DNA of 64,000 bases from a virus: IMG/VR virus record IMGVR_UViG_3300020193_000009, positions 1 through 64,000 of that record. One strand, written 5' to 3'. This document shows positions 6,607 through 14,610 of the stretch, in pieces. Position 1 is the stretch's first letter. Every line of letters begins with the position of its first letter. The notes beneath the pieces were generated by a model that saw only the letters and a list, made by a program, of their open reading frames with translations, was not told where the DNA came from and searched no databases. The position numbers were made by a program, and so were the translations under genes.

Positions 6607-6644
6607 TTGGTGTTCAAGGTGCTATTCGCACCATTGAACACCAA
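6607..6644 (-). repeat. Inverted copy of the cassette hairpin marking the array end
   Basis: ttggt-GTTCAAGGTGCTATTCGCACCATTGAAC-accaa; composition turns AT-rich immediately after it. Confidence 0.85.
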
Positions 6645-7187
6645 TTTTTATGTATTTCTATTTCCTTAACTTGATTACATATTCTCAAACTAAACCTTTT
6701 CATGGGTGTTCCAAATAAAAATGTATTTTTATTTGCACACCCATTTATTTTTATTTATTTATGCCTTTACTTTAATCTATATTCCTAACTAAAACTATTT
6801 ATTTGTTTATGTGTTTCAAATTCTATTTAGTTTTGCCTATGCCGGCGCAGACAAAATTTTTTAGGGGCTACCCTTGTGTGCCAATGGCTGGGTAGTATCC
6901 TGTATCTATCCGTATACAGACAACTCGATCAATCCCGCAATTATTTGATGGGTAATAACACCGTTGTAATCAATCCGGCTTTAACTGTATATTAAAAATC
7001 GTTGATTAGTCGTTTGAACTATGCTAAAAATACTCGAGAGTTCTCTCGATTAAAGTGTCGATAGTTTCGGCTATAAAAAAATGTGGATTTGTATCGATTA
7101 ATTTCTATTTTACTTTAAATATGTCCAGAATAGGCTATAGAAGCCCTAATAAGCGTTCTCAAATTATAAGTGTTTCACAATTGCACA

Positions 7188-7265
7188 TTTTTTCTATCTT
7201 TTACCCCATTTTGCCCCACTTTTACCCACTTTTTACCACTTTTTACTATGTTTTGCCTATTTTTA
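7188..7265. repeat. Helically phased T-tract repeats (TTTTACCCAC-like, ~10-11 bp period)
   Basis: ttttaccccatt ttgccccact tttacccact ttttaccact ttttactatg ttttgcctat. Confidence 0.7.
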
Positions 7266-7337
7266 TTTATTTTTATATGCCATTTTAGGCAAATTTTTTT
7301 GGGAATATGCCTATATTAAAGCATATTCCTTTGCCTA

Positions 7338-7353
7338 TGTTCCACGTGGAACA
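7338..7353. promoter_or_regulatory. parS: parS-type centromere palindrome
   Basis: Perfect 16-bp palindrome TGTTCCACGTGGAACA matching the bacterial chromosomal parS consensus. Confidence 0.8.
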
Positions 7354-7411
7354 ATGAACTATAATCTATTTTAATATTTATAACGAAGTTTGAACTCTCG
7401 TCTCTTACTAT

Positions 7412-7440
7412 TTGACAATGTATAGGGTTGCGTATAACTT
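7412..7440 (+). promoter_or_regulatory. Putative sigma-A promoter antisense to the leftward early unit
   Basis: TTGACA-17 bp-TAACTT. Confidence 0.45.
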
Positions 7441-7519
7441 AAACTCCTGGATTGTCAAAGACTATGAGAAGCAATACGATTACACCCCATACTAAAGCTA
7501 ATACTTTATTGATCATCAT
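7439..7519 (-). CDS. 26-aa hydrophobic peptide MMINKVLALVWGVIVLLLIVFDNPGV
   Basis: GGAGG RBS; single predicted TM helix; below the ORF-track cutoff. Confidence 0.6.
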   Translation of the reverse strand: MMINKVLALVWGVIVLLLIVFDNPGV

Positions 7520-7523
7520 ATTA

Positions 7524-7604
7524 TTAATCCCTCCAATAATCAAATGCTACGACTACAAATACAGCGATTACAAATATAGAGAATACTAATTTATCCCAAT
7601 CCAT
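7524..7604 (-). CDS. 26-aa hydrophobic peptide MDWDKLVFSIFVIAVFVVVAFDYWRD
   Basis: Starts 1 nt after the upstream stop; single predicted TM helix. Confidence 0.55.
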   Translation of the reverse strand: MDWDKLVFSIFVIAVFVVVAFDYWRD

Positions 7605-7605
7605 A

Positions 7606-7941
7606 TTACTTACCCCGCATTTTTCTTTGTTTTGCTTTGATACGACGCTCTGTATCTTCCAATTCATTTAAACATGCCCCACAAGTTGTTTCATCTTCGG
7701 CATATTCTTCTGGTAGTTTATATCCACATCCTTGATCACACCATCTAATTTCTTCCCGGCTTTCTGGTTGGCTATTTGGTTGGTCATCCCATTCCTGTGC
7801 ATTTACTTCCCATTCATGCCTTTTAATTAGCCCCGTCAGGACTCTATGGCTAATTATTTCAATTGCTTCATCTTCAGAGTCGGCAATAACCCAGTCAGAA
7901 TAATATGCAGATATCAAGTATCTTTTCTTATCTTTAGCCAT
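7606..7941 (-). CDS. Small acidic protein (A.SEDEA motif) with C-terminal Cys pairs
   Basis: VIADSEDEAIEII; CDQGC...CGAC. Confidence 0.7.
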   Translation of the reverse strand: MAKDKKRYLISAYYSDWVIADSEDEAIEIISHRVLTGLIKRHEWEVNAQEWDDQPNSQPESREEIRWCDQGCGYKLPEEYAEDETTCGACLNELEDTERRIKAKQRKMRGK

Positions 7942-8203
7942 TTGTTTCCTCTACTTCATCGCACATCCAACCACTTAAATCTAAGTCGTAATAATCATCC
8001 ATTTGTTCAATTGCCTTATCAATTGCTTCATCTTCATCAGATGCGGCTACCGTTGTTTGTAGAGTTGCAAAGTCGTCTGAGAAAGAAACTGTGTAATACT
8101 TCTCTTTTTTTTGTTTCTTTTGTTTTAATTCTGCCTCTAACTCTGGACTTAGTAAACGTATAATTTCGCCACCACCCGGCATATTAAATTTTTTTACTCC
8201 CAT
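7934..8203 (-). CDS. Small acidic protein (A.DEDEA motif)
   Basis: TVAASDEDEAIDKA; overlapping start/stop coupling. Confidence 0.7.
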   Translation of the reverse strand: MGVKKFNMPGGGEIIRLLSPELEAELKQKKQKKEKYYTVSFSDDFATLQTTVAASDEDEAIDKAIEQMDDYYDLDLSGWMCDEVEETNG

Positions 8204-8418
8204 GTCACAAATCCTTCTTTCGTAATGTATGTGTATCCTTCTGGATTATCTCTTACTCTTTCTTCAATAAGTAATCTAATGTATTCTCGAGCCTCCTCCA
8301 GATAACTATAACAAAGGTTATAATCCCCGATAGGAAGAGGAATAGCCATATCTTCCAACTCTTGAAAAACGAGGTGAACATAATTAATTTTCTCCTCCAG
8401 CTCTTTTAGTTTGATCAT
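8194..8418 (-). CDS. Hypothetical early protein
   Basis: AAGGA RBS; in gene train. Confidence 0.65.
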   Translation of the reverse strand: MIKLKELEEKINYVHLVFQELEDMAIPLPIGDYNLCYSYLEEAREYIRLLIEERVRDNPEGYTYITKEGFVTWE

Positions 8419-8457
8419 ATTTGTCCTTGTGATAATTTATTAAATATATTAGTACAA

Positions 8458-8670
8458 TTATTTGTTATTTTTCTTTTCTTTCTTAACTTTTTTTTTAGCT
8501 TTTTTCTTGGCTACTGCTTCTTCAAGAATAAAAATGGCATAATCCATACCATTAACATAACCATCCCAAAAAGCACAATCTAAATCACCATCTGCTTCTG
8601 AATATTCTCTTGCAGTCATAGCATCTTTTCTTGCTTCTTTTATTTTGCTAATTTTATTTTGAATATTCAT
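8458..8670 (-). CDS. Hypothetical protein with Lys-rich tail
   Basis: ATGA overlap with the upstream gene. Confidence 0.65.
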   Translation of the reverse strand: MNIQNKISKIKEARKDAMTAREYSEADGDLDCAFWDGYVNGMDYAIFILEEAVAKKKAKKKVKKEKKNNK

Positions 8671-8930
8671 TCGTCTATTACCTCAATTTGTTCGTCTGGA
8701 TTGTATGGTACTTCTGTTATTAGATAATTAATTCTATTAACCCAAGCAAAGCGGTTGATAATAACTAGATCTTCATCAGCCTGAACAAGTGTCCAAATAT
8801 TGTTACGATTTGCTTTCTTTATTAACTCATAGTCATTCCCGTATGTTTCATAATAGATGAAACCATTTTTAGAATCAGGGTGAGAAATCGGTTTATATTT
8901 TTCTACCCAATCATCCCATTTAATTTGCAT
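8667..8930 (-). CDS. Hypothetical phage protein
   Basis: YETYG...IWTLV...VNRINYLITE; in gene train. Confidence 0.7.
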   Translation of the reverse strand: MQIKWDDWVEKYKPISHPDSKNGFIYYETYGNDYELIKKANRNNIWTLVQADEDLVIINRFAWVNRINYLITEVPYNPDEQIEVIDE

Positions 8931-9089
8931 AACATTACTCTCCCGGAAGATATTCGTATTTATCCATTAACCATTGCATCCATTCTCGATATGCATTTTC
9001 ATCTTCTTCTTCTGTTAAATAATCTGCTTGCGCCTCGAGCAATTTTACTAAATCTAATATTAGATCAGCTTCAGTTTTAAAATGTCTTT

Positions 9090-9323
9090 TCATACTGGTC
9101 CCCATCCAAGTGGTTCATTTGTTTCATCATCAAACCATTCAATTGTTCCACCTTCATTGCTAGATAAATCCTCTTGCAAAAATTCAAGAATTAATTCTTT
9201 GACTTTCTTTAGCTGAGATTCTTTATCTAAATCTTTATAAGATTCTATTATATCGTGAGTTGAATATACAAATTCAAATGAAACATTGGCTCTAACATAA
9301 GATGGTATATATGTATCTATCAT
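9090..9323 (-). CDS. Hypothetical acidic protein
   Basis: TAATG coupling. Confidence 0.65.
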   Translation of the reverse strand: MIDTYIPSYVRANVSFEFVYSTHDIIESYKDLDKESQLKKVKELILEFLQEDLSSNEGGTIEWFDDETNEPLGWGPV

Positions 9324-9889
9324 TAGCTTTTCTCCAATTTAGTTTTTTCACCGGTTGTTTTTTGAATTTGTCTAATTAATACTTCACATGCACTTGGTAT
9401 TGCTTCATCTAACAAATCATATGAAATACATTCTTCGCTAGAATTTGGACATTCGCTCCAACTAGAATATACATCAAACCAGGGATTATTATGCATAACA
9501 AGTCTATCTTCATCTAGGGCATCAACAAATTGTTTTTGTGTTTTGAAGTGTGTTAACAACTCTGTATGGTCTCTGATTAAAATACTATTATTTTTATCAG
9601 TATATCTAGTAATCCCATCAGCATAAATATCAACAGATAAATAAGTTTCATCGTGAGCAATAGTGCATACATATATGTGTGTGCTTCTGTTGCTAAAATA
9701 TTCTGCTGATGACCAACCATCTCTTAAAGCCCCATAAAATATAGGATCGGCAAAAACTTTGAATTGATCAACTAGTTTATGATGTTGTTTTGGTGTAAAC
9801 CAGTACATAGGCTTCTTGTAAATTTTAGTCAATTCACAAATGTCTGTAGATTTTTCTTTTTTCTTCTTTTTACTCACAGTCGTGCCCAT
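9323..9889 (-). CDS. Hypothetical protein
   Basis: GAGG RBS; 188 aa. Confidence 0.7.
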   Translation of the reverse strand: MGTTVSKKKKKEKSTDICELTKIYKKPMYWFTPKQHHKLVDQFKVFADPIFYGALRDGWSSAEYFSNRSTHIYVCTIAHDETYLSVDIYADGITRYTDKNNSILIRDHTELLTHFKTQKQFVDALDEDRLVMHNNPWFDVYSSWSECPNSSEECISYDLLDEAIPSACEVLIRQIQKTTGEKTKLEKS

Positions 9890-9950
9890 AACTAGCCTCT
9901 TCTGCTGTTAATTTTTTACCACACTCTATACATTTTTTTACATAAATTAC

Positions 9951-9995
9951 GTTGTCTTTATCGACAAGTAATTTAACCTTGTCGATAAAGACAAC
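9951..9995. other. Perfect 18-bp inverted repeat (terminator or RNase III-type stem)
   Basis: gttgtctttatcgacaag-9 nt-cttgtcgataaagacaac. Confidence 0.75.
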
Positions 9996-10033
9996 TTTAC
10001 CATTTATCTGTGCAGTTTCTTGATTATCTTGAC

Positions 10034-10720
10034 TCATACTAGCTCTTGATCTTTGACTTCTTCTTTCATTTCCGGCGTATCAACATTGAAAATTTTCTTG
10101 TTTTTAACCGCTTTAAATTCTTCCATTTTCTCATCTAGCGTTTCATTCATTGCACAAGTAGAAACTAAATCAAGATAAACTGTTTTATTTGCTAAATGAA
10201 TTGCGTGATCTTCTAATTCTGCTTCTTGCTCAAGACCAGTACCTTGATTAATGTACTTCCTACTATCCCGTAATTGTTTGAATGCTATAAAATTCCCATC
10301 TTCATCAAACTCTTTGGAATACATTTCAAATATATCATCCCAATCTTCAACTAAATAACGATCGTGAATTTGTTGAAGAATCCAAATCATATCCGCAGAA
10401 GAAGATGTAAATTTCCATTCTGGATTTGATTTCATAACTACTGCAATTACATCTACATCATCTGCTGTTTGATTTTCAATATCATAATCTTTAGTTGCTA
10501 TGCCTCTATTCATTATGAAACCAAGCGCACATCTAGTAGCTGTATGTTTAGTTGGTGACCAGCCAAAATACTTCATTGCATCACCTGGCATTTCTTCACC
10601 AGTTTCATCATCGGTATAGGTATCCATACCTTTTTCACCCTGTTTTTTCATTTCTTGCCAGACATAATAAAAAATTGCTTTGTCTGTCTTAAGCATTGTT
10701 TCTACATTTTCATTTTTCAT
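10034..10720 (-). CDS. CA[LVI]G...LQxIHD family protein (paralogue of 23546 and 23964 ORFs)
   Basis: RCALGFI..KSNPEWK..LQQIHD; AGGAG RBS before ATG 10720. Confidence 0.75.
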   Translation of the reverse strand: MKNENVETMLKTDKAIFYYVWQEMKKQGEKGMDTYTDDETGEEMPGDAMKYFGWSPTKHTATRCALGFIMNRGIATKDYDIENQTADDVDVIAVVMKSNPEWKFTSSSADMIWILQQIHDRYLVEDWDDIFEMYSKEFDEDGNFIAFKQLRDSRKYINQGTGLEQEAELEDHAIHLANKTVYLDLVSTCAMNETLDEKMEEFKAVKNKKIFNVDTPEMKEEVKDQELV

Positions 10721-10946
10721 TGCTATCTCCTGTTTCTGAATTGTTATTTGGAATTGTATAATTATGACCATTCTGTATTTCAGCTTCGTTTATATCTATT
10801 TCACCATTCATTGCTACTTTTTGATCCATACCAAGAGCGGCAAGAGATGCTATTGCTAATGCATTTTCTTCATCAATAGCATTTACAAAATAAGTAGTAT
10901 TAAATGATACTGTAAATGGGTATTCTTTACTATTTAAGTTACTCAT
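10710..10946 (-). CDS. Small acidic protein (VNAIDEENA motif)
   Basis: Motif shared with the 7606 and 7934 ORFs. Confidence 0.65.
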   Translation of the reverse strand: MSNLNSKEYPFTVSFNTTYFVNAIDEENALAIASLAALGMDQKVAMNGEIDINEAEIQNGHNYTIPNNNSETGDSNEK

Positions 10947-10948
10947 TA

Positions 10949-11773
10949 TTATACTGCTTTAGACTTTTGTTTTAATTTTGGATTAAGCATAATTCCGCCA
11001 TCATTATGATTCTCTTGATGGAATATAATTCTACCTTCGATAATGTCTGTTAACATATTAACTGCATCTTTGTAAGATATTGAATTTAGATCAATGCCTA
11101 CGTTGAGCCAAGACTCATCGTTATCTTCATCAATTTCGCCTGATTCAGTGTGTAAATGTCCGTAAGCATCACCTAGTAAATGACTGTATTGTTTGGAAAA
11201 TGACCAAACACTTGCTTCATCTCCATAAAATAACTTTCTGCCAACCCAAAGTGGAATATTCAAATAACTGCAGGCGATTATTTCAAATTCTTGATGAAAA
11301 TCACGCGAGTCATTTTTGTTCAACCAGTTTGGTATTTCCCAATCAAATGCTACTGCAGTTGCAAATCCGGCAATACAGCCAACACTTGTGCAATTAAATT
11401 TATTGGTTGTTTTGTCAACAACAGGATCATTAACTATGTCAAGGTGATTGATTAAATTACTTCTTGCAACTTCGTGAACATAATTGTAATAATTATCCCA
11501 GTTCTTGTTAAGATAACCAAGAAATGTAGACATATTAAAGTTTGTTAAACCATTTTCTTCAATAGTTGAGATCAACTTTTGAAATGCTTCAACATCATAA
11601 TCTTTATATGTGTTTCTTTGTAACTTTGTTGTTATTTGATCAAGTTTATTTTCAACTTTTTCTTGTTGTAAATCAAATTCTTCTGACCAACCGTGTTGAA
11701 GATAAACTTTATTAAGTCTTATATGTTCATTTATTGCTTTTATTGTTGCTTTAACTCTATTATTTGCTTTCAT
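10949..11773 (-). CDS. CxxVGCIAG family protein (paralogue of 12129-13064)
   Basis: FNCTSVGCIAGFA..GRKLFYG. Confidence 0.8.
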   Translation of the reverse strand: MKANNRVKATIKAINEHIRLNKVYLQHGWSEEFDLQQEKVENKLDQITTKLQRNTYKDYDVEAFQKLISTIEENGLTNFNMSTFLGYLNKNWDNYYNYVHEVARSNLINHLDIVNDPVVDKTTNKFNCTSVGCIAGFATAVAFDWEIPNWLNKNDSRDFHQEFEIIACSYLNIPLWVGRKLFYGDEASVWSFSKQYSHLLGDAYGHLHTESGEIDEDNDESWLNVGIDLNSISYKDAVNMLTDIIEGRIIFHQENHNDGGIMLNPKLKQKSKAV

Positions 11774-11774
11774 G

Positions 11775-12119
11775 TTATTCTCCTTGTTTTTTGATTTTAT
11801 TTACTAATTTTAATACCTTATATTTATTCCATGAAATAATGTATTCTGAACCAAACTGCTCAGTCCAGGCAAAATCTTTATCTAATTTTCGCTCAAGACC
11901 CATAGCAATCATTGTATCTAAAAAATCAAAATACTCTTGAGAGTCAACTTTGAGTTTAACTAACAATTTTGTAACAGGATTCTTTATATGAATTACAGTT
12001 TGATCAACAACCGGCATAATAAGACTATAATTTGAATTAATTACTGCCTGAATTGTCAGTTCAAGTTCAGTCTTAGAGTCCTTTTTTTGCTCAACTTTCT
12101 TTTGTTTTTTTAGTGGCAT
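11775..12119 (-). CDS. Hypothetical protein
   Basis: GGAG RBS; in gene train. Confidence 0.7.
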   Translation of the reverse strand: MPLKKQKKVEQKKDSKTELELTIQAVINSNYSLIMPVVDQTVIHIKNPVTKLLVKLKVDSQEYFDFLDTMIAMGLERKLDKDFAWTEQFGSEYIISWNKYKVLKLVNKIKKQGE

Positions 12120-12128
12120 ACAACTTAA

Positions 12129-13064
12129 TCACTCCATATTTTGTATTTTGTTTGATTTGGCAATAACCATCTCGTATTTATCCGAAATGACCGGCATTGT
12201 ATTTGTATCCAAATAAATATCACCATCACGAATTAATTCAAGTACTTTTGCAGCCATTGAATAATTAATAGAAGCCATATCTATTTCTGGATATCGTTCA
12301 TCATCTCCATCTCCATAATTGTATGGTTGCTCAAGTTTTCTAAATACATCTAACTCTGTAGCATTAGGATTTCTATCTTTTAGATCACACAGCATAGCCC
12401 AAATACTATTAGCTTCGCCATAAAATAACTTTCTGCCTATGATCACCGGCATATTTAAGAAGTTGCAAGCAACTTGTTCAAATAACACTTGTTGATTACT
12501 GTAATACCTTGAAGCTTCAACTATCAAATCTTCTTTCCAATCCAATGCTACTGCCATAGCAAATCCAGCAATACAACCAACAGTGCTACAATTGAATGCT
12601 TTTGTTGTTGAAATAAAAGCACTGTATGTCCTTGTTTCACTATCAAGTGGACTAAGATAATCACAGCTGACTGCACTTACTGTTTCAAATCCATCTAAAC
12701 TAGTTGTTTTCACTTCATCTTCATCATAGTCAGATATGTCTTCAAGGATTCCAAGAAACAACTGCATATTAAAGTGCTTTGAACCGTTAAGTTCAATTGA
12801 TGCAATTAGTTTATTAAAGTTTGTGATATTAAAATCCTTTGGTTTCATCAAAGAAAGATATCCGTTATTTTGCTCTATAATATCATGCCATTTTTGAACT
12901 ATGTGAGCAACTTCTTCGTCTTCGAAATATTTAAAACCAATATCTTGAATCTCTATATTACAATCGATATAAGTGGTAAAAAGGTCGTTAACTGATGGTT
13001 TAGTTAAGACTATCTGCTCTCTCACTTCTTCGAGTACTTTATTGTTGTTGATAACCGTGCTCAT
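12129..13064 (-). CDS. CxxVGCIAG family protein
   Basis: FNCSTVGCIAGFA..GRKLFYG; AGGAG RBS. Confidence 0.8.
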   Translation of the reverse strand: MSTVINNNKVLEEVREQIVLTKPSVNDLFTTYIDCNIEIQDIGFKYFEDEEVAHIVQKWHDIIEQNNGYLSLMKPKDFNITNFNKLIASIELNGSKHFNMQLFLGILEDISDYDEDEVKTTSLDGFETVSAVSCDYLSPLDSETRTYSAFISTTKAFNCSTVGCIAGFAMAVALDWKEDLIVEASRYYSNQQVLFEQVACNFLNMPVIIGRKLFYGEANSIWAMLCDLKDRNPNATELDVFRKLEQPYNYGDGDDERYPEIDMASINYSMAAKVLELIRDGDIYLDTNTMPVISDKYEMVIAKSNKIQNME

Positions 13065-13093
13065 TTATTTTCTCCTGTTGTTTGTTGATTTAC

Positions 13094-13258
13094 TTAATCG
13101 TTATATTCGTTTGGATATTCGTATTCTTCCCAATATTCAGTTAAGTTACTAACTTTTGTTTTGTACCAGCACCCACAATATCTACAATAAAAATGTGCTA
13201 TTTCACCCATTATTGTAAACACGCCATTTTGTTCGTAACAGCCGGGGCAATTAATCAT
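13094..13258 (-). CDS. 54-aa Zn-ribbon protein (CPGC...CRYCG)
   Basis: Manual translation MINCPGCYEQNGVFTIMGEIAHFYCRYCGCWY; ATGA overlap with the upstream gene. Confidence 0.65.
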   Translation of the reverse strand: MINCPGCYEQNGVFTIMGEIAHFYCRYCGCWYKTKVSNLTEYWEEYEYPNEYND

Positions 13259-13461
13259 ATATCTACCTCATAATAATCACTATCTTCTGGCACACTGTGT
13301 GCAACTGTTTTCATCACAGAAATGTCTGTAATCTGTGTACCTTTAATTGATTTCATATAATCTACTTGATGGCGTACAAATTGATAACCTGAATACAGGG
13401 TTCTAATTTGTAAAATTTTATCGTTATGCCATAATATAATTGCGTAGTTGTCTTTTTCCAT
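13255..13461 (-). CDS. Hypothetical protein
   Basis: GGAG RBS. Confidence 0.6.
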   Translation of the reverse strand: MEKDNYAIILWHNDKILQIRTLYSGYQFVRHQVDYMKSIKGTQITDISVMKTVAHSVPEDSDYYEVDI

Positions 13462-13462
13462 G

Positions 13463-13831
13463 CTACTCTCCAGAGTTGATAATTGCTTGATAGTTTCTCA
13501 CTAATGGCATAATGCTAATAAGTTCATCGTCATTAAATCCAATTAATTCACCTCCTCCGTCACCTTTTGTTAAAATAACATCACCAACAATTATTCTATT
13601 TGTTCTCCATGCTGCAAAAAAGTTTATATCTAAACCTTTTATTAAACCTTCTTCATCAACAACTACAACTGTATTGTCTGGAAAGAAGGAATTTTCTCCT
13701 CTGTCTAAATTTACAACTTCAATCCAACCATTAATTAAATCATTACATTCATCAAATGTAAGTCCTTCATTATACTTACCTTCATAAATTGAAATTTCAT
13801 TTGTGGTTTTGATTAATATATGTTTCATCAC
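13463..13831 (-). CDS. DUF3846-like protein
   Basis: GWIEVV..VVDEEG.IKGL.IN..A..IVGDVIL pattern. Confidence 0.65.
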   Translation of the reverse strand: MMKHILIKTTNEISIYEGKYNEGLTFDECNDLINGWIEVVNLDRGENSFFPDNTVVVVDEEGLIKGLDINFFAAWRTNRIIVGDVILTKGDGGGELIGFNDDELISIMPLVRNYQAIINSGE

Positions 13832-13846
13832 TCTCCTTTTTAATAA

Positions 13847-13923
13847 TGGCGTTTCCGATAGGATTTGAACCTATAACCTATAGATTAGAAGTCTATTGCT
13901 CTATCCAATTGAGCTACGGAAAC
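13847..13923 (-). tRNA. tRNA-Arg(UCU) with encoded CCA
   Basis: GTTTCCG acceptor stem, ATAGA-CTTCTAA-TCTAT anticodon arm, GGTTCAAATCC T arm. Confidence 0.95.
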
Positions 13924-13990
13924 AAAAACCACGCAAAATAAGTGTCTCAGCACTTTATTATTTTGCGTGGTATCAGGGGGATTGTATAGA

Positions 13991-14587
13991 TTACTTTGTT
14001 GATTTTTCTTGCTCTTGTTGATACTTATCCATCATTTGCCAGAACCTTAAATTTTCTCTCTCAGCATTTTTTTTATGAGCTGCCAGGGTAATAAGATTGC
14101 CTGTAGTTTTATAAACCACTTTGCCAGTATGATAAAACATCCTTCCATCTTTGAAAGTATGTTTCCACTTTTCACCCTCTTCGCCAGACCAAATTATATA
14201 TGATCCATCTTCAATATAATATGCTAGTGCGCAAAGAAAGATATCTTCATTGCCGGTTTTGCTATTATACCAAAGAGAGTTAATTCCTCTTTCATCTTCG
14301 TGTACATCAAACCCAAGACCATGTAATATTTCTTGGAGTGTCTTATACTTTAAGTGATAATCTGCTGGCATCCAACTATACCATTTAGCTGGATGATAAT
14401 CTAATCCATCCGGTCTAATAGATTTTTTGTCTAATTCACCACCATATGAACCACCAGATTTCATTACATCAAAATCTGGGTCTGTATTCAACCAGCATAA
14501 ATTCTTGTATGCTTCATCAAATTTTTCTTTCTTGATGAACACATCATTAGGTGAATAGCATTCATCAATGTTTACATAGTAACCCAT
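13991..14587 (-). CDS. Hypothetical phage protein
   Basis: 198 aa; MGYYV..GSYIIWSGEEGEKW. Confidence 0.75.
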   Translation of the reverse strand: MGYYVNIDECYSPNDVFIKKEKFDEAYKNLCWLNTDPDFDVMKSGGSYGGELDKKSIRPDGLDYHPAKWYSWMPADYHLKYKTLQEILHGLGFDVHEDERGINSLWYNSKTGNEDIFLCALAYYIEDGSYIIWSGEEGEKWKHTFKDGRMFYHTGKVVYKTTGNLITLAAHKKNAERENLRFWQMMDKYQQEQEKSTK

Positions 14588-14610
14588 GTTTTATCTTCTT
14601 TCTTTTGTTG

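Larger units (their letters stand above)
31..6644 (+). repeat. Array of at least 12 promoter-ORF-terminator gene cassettes sharing a conserved ~96-bp element (continues left of the window)
   Basis: Element GGGYGGGC..GGTGCGCATAGCACCTTGCACGCCC...GGTTTAGTACGGTTTCTTG...TAGYGT recurs 12 times at 489-592 bp spacing, each followed by one RBS-led ORF and a terminator. Confidence 0.95.

Noticed and set aside
5445-6644. Canonical attC or REP sites
   Set aside because: The order is GTT...AAC rather than RYYYAAC...GTTRRRY, there is no conserved GTAG/GGAG tetranucleotide, and no IntI or RAYT gene is seen. Kept only as an analogy.
99-6644. Minus-strand ORFs and N-terminal extensions (MRIA.CTP...) in the ORF track
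   Set aside because: They read through the repeated element and terminators. True starts are marked by RBSs downstream of the -10 boxes.
7055-7288. 77-aa + strand ORF
   Set aside because: It translates low-complexity T-tract repeats and has no RBS.
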